DNA of 64,000 nucleotides from Schmidtea nova (Eukaryota): NCBI GenBank assembly GCA_044892505.1, contig CM097884.1, positions 144,770,001 to 144,834,000 of the forward strand, read 5' to 3'. Shown piece by piece: positions 59,991 to 64,000 of this stretch (position 1 is its first letter; each line of letters starts with the position of its first letter). The notes under the pieces were generated by a model. It saw only the letters and a program-made list of their open reading frames with translations, ran no database searches and was not told where the DNA came from. The position numbers and the translations under genes were made by a program.

Positions 59991-60734
59991 TTACTTTTTC
60001 CGTTCTTGATTCAGTTGATAACCGTCGATTCCTTTCAAGTTCTCCAGAGCAGTCATTCGGGGGTCGTCATAACCGGGATTGAATGTCACAAAGGGGGTAA
60101 CGCTGATCTTTTGATGCCCCTTAAAGGCTTTATGATCAGAGATATTTGGGTGCCTAATTTCAGGCAACCGTAATGTATTGAGCAGCTCATCGATGCGAAA
60201 CTGAATGATTTGCGTATTGTCCAGGGTGGCGGTCGGTAAGGTTACTGTTGAATTATAATTGATCCTTTTATTTATGATAGATTGCAAAATAATTTCAGTG
60301 GGCTTTTTAATATTAAAATCTTCCTCGTGTTCATCTCGATCGGATTGCACTCCTGACTCGTTCCGACTGTCGACCCTATCCAAATTCTCCATTCGATTTC
60401 CGATCCTTTCCATGATTGCTTGATGTTTTGTTAGCATTTTACCGGAAATCGGTTTCAGAAACAAATTTCTCATAACTTTATTTGTTAATCGCTTCGATTT
60501 GTTGAGGGGGCTGCACTCGATCTTGCTAGTCCGTTCGGGTGCAATCCAGGGCCCCATTTCCAGATTGCTAGGGGGGTTGGCTGATAACTCACAACACTTC
60601 AGCAATGAGCTGACAATCAATTTATCCTTTCTAGATCTGTGGCCATTGATAAACATTTTGCTGACTTGATGAAGCAAATTATTAATTCTCATCACTGCCA
60701 GCGCAATAGTGAAATATTTGCCATTTAACGGCAT
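59991..60734 (-). CDS. Intronless orphan gene P2 (~247 aa), paralog of P1
   Basis: EMGPW..KIEC; QFRIDELLNTLRLPEI..PFVTF..DDPRMTALENLKGIDG. Confidence 0.7.
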   Translation of the reverse strand: MPLNGKYFTIALAVMRINNLLHQVSKMFINGHRSRKDKLIVSSLLKCCELSANPPSNLEMGPWIAPERTSKIECSPLNKSKRLTNKVMRNLFLKPISGKMLTKHQAIMERIGNRMENLDRVDSRNESGVQSDRDEHEEDFNIKKPTEIILQSIINKRINYNSTVTLPTATLDNTQIIQFRIDELLNTLRLPEIRHPNISDHKAFKGHQKISVTPFVTFNPGYDDPRMTALENLKGIDGYQLNQERKK

Positions 60735-61258
60735 CAATCACATTGGCAGCATTTCTCTGTGACTCTATGGCAGCATTACTCTGTGACTCTCTATGGCAGC
60801 TCTCATAAATATTAACTGATACGATGCTTCTATTGTCAATAATTCTGCAATTTGTCACTCCGTAACGGCGTGCCAGTCTGCCACTGGTAGAAAGTGTTTG
60901 TCAGTTAATAATTGTTTTATACTTTCTCAAATATATAATTGTTTCTAACGGCTTCCAAATAAATTTTAATTTATTTATTGTTTAAATGCTCTTCAAGAAT
61001 TTATCGATTTTTGACGGAGAAATAAACATTATAAAAATATAAAATATTGTCGTAGGAAATTTATATTAATATATTATAATGCAATTAAAAAGCAGTAACC
61101 GTTACTACGCAATGTTGATCGCAATGGCATATTTCTATTACTAAAAAGCTCCTGATCACTTCAATAAGAATTCCTTTCAAATTGAATGTTCACGTCTTCA
61201 TGCATTTCTTTCTTTCCCTGAATTTTGATGGTTATATGAAAATTTAAACAAATTAAAA

Positions 61259-61684
61259 TTATTTTTTAAAACATCGCGATTTAATTTGATTTGAAGACGC
61301 GCCTTTCCCACTGCAATTAGCGCCGGGACGAGATCTAGGCGCTAACGCTGCTCCTGCATGGGACGCAGTATCGCAAGGCGCACAGTAACAATGATCAGAA
61401 ATGTTCGGATTTCCACTATTCATTATACAGTGTCGTGCGGGAGCTACCGCACTGCAAGCTGTTGATTGAAAAATTAACGAAATTGAGGATTGAATATTAT
61501 TCAAAATTGTATTAAATTCGACAAAGCCTTTTATAGAATTCGGATTGAAATATTTGATGGAATTGAGATTTGAGTTGTGGAACGAATAGGCCTGGTTGAG
61601 AGGCATTTCACTGTTGCTGCTTGTATTAGGAATGAAAGCATTGTATATTAATATTATTAAAACAAACTCGCTTTTATTATTCAA
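61259..61684 (-). CDS. Candidate secreted protein with a Cys-rich C-terminal half (141 aa)
   Basis: Hydrophobic FVLIILIYNAF near the N-terminus; Cys/Ala/Gly-rich C-terminal half with higher GC. Confidence 0.4.
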   Translation of the reverse strand: MNNKSEFVLIILIYNAFIPNTSSNSEMPLNQAYSFHNSNLNSIKYFNPNSIKGFVEFNTILNNIQSSISLIFQSTACSAVAPARHCIMNSGNPNISDHCYCAPCDTASHAGAALAPRSRPGANCSGKGASSNQIKSRCFKK

Positions 61685-61756
61685 TATACAATTGCTATAA
61701 TTAAAAAATATTAAATGGAACTGAATTAATATCAGTGTGGTTCAGCAGGTACAACA

Positions 61757-62950
61757 TTAGCCCCGCCGATGTAAACGGAGTGTATGTATGGAAGCGAGTT
61801 AGAGGATGTTCGGTGGTACTGAATCAATCTGGGTAATCGAGGTGGAAATCGCGTAGATCTTGAGGTTTGCGACGGGCGTGAAAACGTTGTGTGTGGTGGC
61901 ATTGGAGTAGGTTGTGAGTGGGTGTTTCCGATGATTTGATCGGTGAAGCCAGGATCTTCTGTGACGTCATCTAACATTGGGTGCGAAGGAGCACGAGAAT
62001 CTGACTCGTCTATTATGAATGCGGGTTGCAGGCAAGAAAGGTTGATGATGCGGGAAACTTCATTTATTTTGAGCTCGACTGTGTTCTTGAAAATCCTCAG
62101 TAACGTGGCTTCAGGTTGCTATGATCTGTGCATTGAAGCCATGCGTGAGACGCAGATGAAAGAGAAGCAGGTTGATATGGATTGTATAGAGAAGAATTAG
62201 TTAATGACGGGTTTGTATCGAAAGCAAGGAAATGGTTCCGAGCATCGTTGATTTGCTGCAGAGAGTACTCAGTATCAAGATCAATAATTTCCAACTGCAT
62301 CTTGGTGTTGCTGCCGAATAGCAGCTGTGAAGGAGAGACTTCCCTTGAACGATTCGATGTGTTGTACGTCTTCAGAAGAACGAAATGTAGTGACTTTGAC
62401 CAGCCGCCTGAAGTGGACAGGATGCGGGGTGAAGTTTTCATGGTACGGTGAGCTCGCTCTACGAGGCCATTCGTCTATGGGTGATAAGTGGAAGTACGTA
62501 AACGCTTTATGCCGAGTGTACGCGTGAGGTAGCTGAAAAGATTTGCCTCGAATTGGGTACCCTGGTCGGTGATGATGGATGAAGGAATTCTGTACATGAT
62601 GTCCGTAAAGCGTTAAAGGGGTTGAGCGGCATTCGTGAGACCGAAAGCTATGTAAAGGTACTCAAAGTTACCGAAAGCGGTTGTGACAGCGGTTTTCGGA
62701 ATGTCGTTTGTGTGTACAGGAAACTGATGAAACGCCTTTTCTAGGTAAATGGTGGAGAATTCAGTATTGCCAAAGAAACCTGAGATGATGTCCTTAATGA
62801 AGGGCATTGGTTAGTCGTCATGGATGGTAACACTGTTGAGCGGACGAAAGTCGCCGCAAGGACGGAATGAACCGTCTTCTTTTGTTATGACATGTATAGG
62901 AGAAGCCCAGACAGAACTCGCTTTTTATCCAAATTCCAGCAAGCAGGCTA
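61757..62950 (-). mobile_element. Decayed CsRn1-type Gypsy fragment: RT N-terminus joined directly to the integrase core
   Basis: WASPIHVITKEDGSFRPCGDFRPLN, KAFHQFPV..KTAVTTAFG, then SITDQGTQFE..HP*TNGLVER..SPSQLLFG; same family as 10294-10860. Confidence 0.85.
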
Positions 62951-63678
62951 GTCAGCATCATTAGTTTGTAGTTGCTCAATAGCAGCAGATGATCCAAGAA
63001 CGGTTTCTGAAGGCATTATTTTTGATGGTTCCGTTATGGTTTCTTTCTGTAACGGCACATAGGAACAGTCTGCAAGCACACTCGCACAGCGTTAATAACA
63101 AACATTTCCTTATATGAGTTATGCGTAATTGCGCACTAGTAGGCACAACGCGAATATAATTATCATATTAGGTTAATACATTTTTGCTATTACACTTAAA
63201 AGTTTCTATTATTATATTTTATTTTTTTTAAGTTGAAAAGGGTACCGGTGCGTGCCGTCACAAAAAAAGCTACGTATATATATTTATAAATAATATAACG
63301 TTTTTCACCTGATTGCGTATTTTAATTTTGCGCATTACGTTGAGTTAGCTTAATTGGCAAAATATTTTATGGAAATTTACGATTTGAGGAAATGTAAAAT
63401 GTGTTTGTTTGTATTTTACTTGTTATAAATGAAAACTAATATCCAGGATTTAGGGTCAACAATATAAGGAAAGCAACAAACATAGATTAGAAGCAGAGCG
63501 AAGGGCAACCACTTGTCAAGCATTTCACAATTGCTTGAGATCCTTGAAACCACTGCAGAATGTCTTGAGAACCCTCCAGCAGTTCAGTCCGCCACTTCTG
63601 CCTTCCAGTGGACAAAGCGGTTTGCGGTATAAATTGGCGGAAAATTACGGAAAAACTTAATTTTAACTTTCAAAGAAA

Positions 63679-63942
63679 ATGAAATTCGTTTTTCTATTAT
63701 TTCTAATTGTTTCTGCAATTGTTCTCTTTTCAGGGGACGTCGAGGGACGTACCAGAAGAGGTTCTCCGACGCATGAACTAGTGAAACAGGCGCCCGATCA
63801 TCCACCTGCGGACCACGATGATCATGCGGACCACGATGATCATGCGGACCACGATGATCATGCGGACCACGATGATCATGCGGACCACGATGATCATGAG
63901 GAACATGATGATCATGCGGATCCAGAACATCATGCACGATAA
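63679..63942 (+). CDS. Secreted peptide family member S3 (87 aa) with His/Asp-rich (ADHDDH)n repeats
   Basis: Signal MKFVFLLFLIVSAIVLFSGD, RTRR dibasic site, five exact-phase 18-bp repeats; TATA at 63628-63633. Confidence 0.85.
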   Translation: MKFVFLLFLIVSAIVLFSGDVEGRTRRGSPTHELVKQAPDHPPADHDDHADHDDHADHDDHADHDDHADHDDHEEHDDHADPEHHAR

Positions 63943-64000
63943 AATTATGAAACAGTAAAAAATAAATAAATAAATAATATTTCTTGTGCAATTGGTTTTT

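Noticed and set aside
63584-63991. Minus-strand PHDHRG-repeat ORF
   Set aside because: Antisense shadow of S3, which has the TATA box, signal peptide and paralogs.
1-64000. Assigning the host taxon
   Set aside because: The repeat content fits several AT-rich invertebrates (e.g. flatworms, cnidarians) but no diagnostic gene is present.

Overview
A very AT-rich eukaryotic, probably invertebrate, genomic window with eight N-gaps. It is dominated by nested mobile DNA, and no intact housekeeping gene, tRNA or rRNA was recognised. (1) Decayed Maverick/Polinton (adintovirus-like) genes are scattered across it: three pPolB copies, a PLA2-like gene next to an integrase, a packaging ATPase, a small basic core-like protein, the major capsid protein and an adenain-type protease. 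(2) A young, near-complete CsRn1-type Gypsy LTR retrotransposon spans 28854-35805, with several older Gypsy fragments elsewhere. (3) There is a Buster-type hAT with one nonsense codon, and three non-autonomous hAT elements with 8-bp TSDs. (4) A Penelope-like element (PLE) RT/GIY-YIG fragment is present. The strongest unexplained signals are these. (a) Four sequence families of minimal type-I hammerhead ribozyme motifs; three use different Watson-Crick pairs at core positions 3-8 (C-G, U-A, G-C), the fourth has U.G, and one family sits directly behind the PLE ORF. (b) A three-member family of short secreted peptides with conserved promoter, signal peptide and 3' UTR but unrelated mature regions. 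(c) A 591-aa chimeric ORF (RNR remnant + ubiquitin + BEL/Pao gag) bracketed by direct repeats. (d) A pair of diverged orphan paralogs. Everything was read by eye with no database searches, and coordinates of decayed features are approximate.
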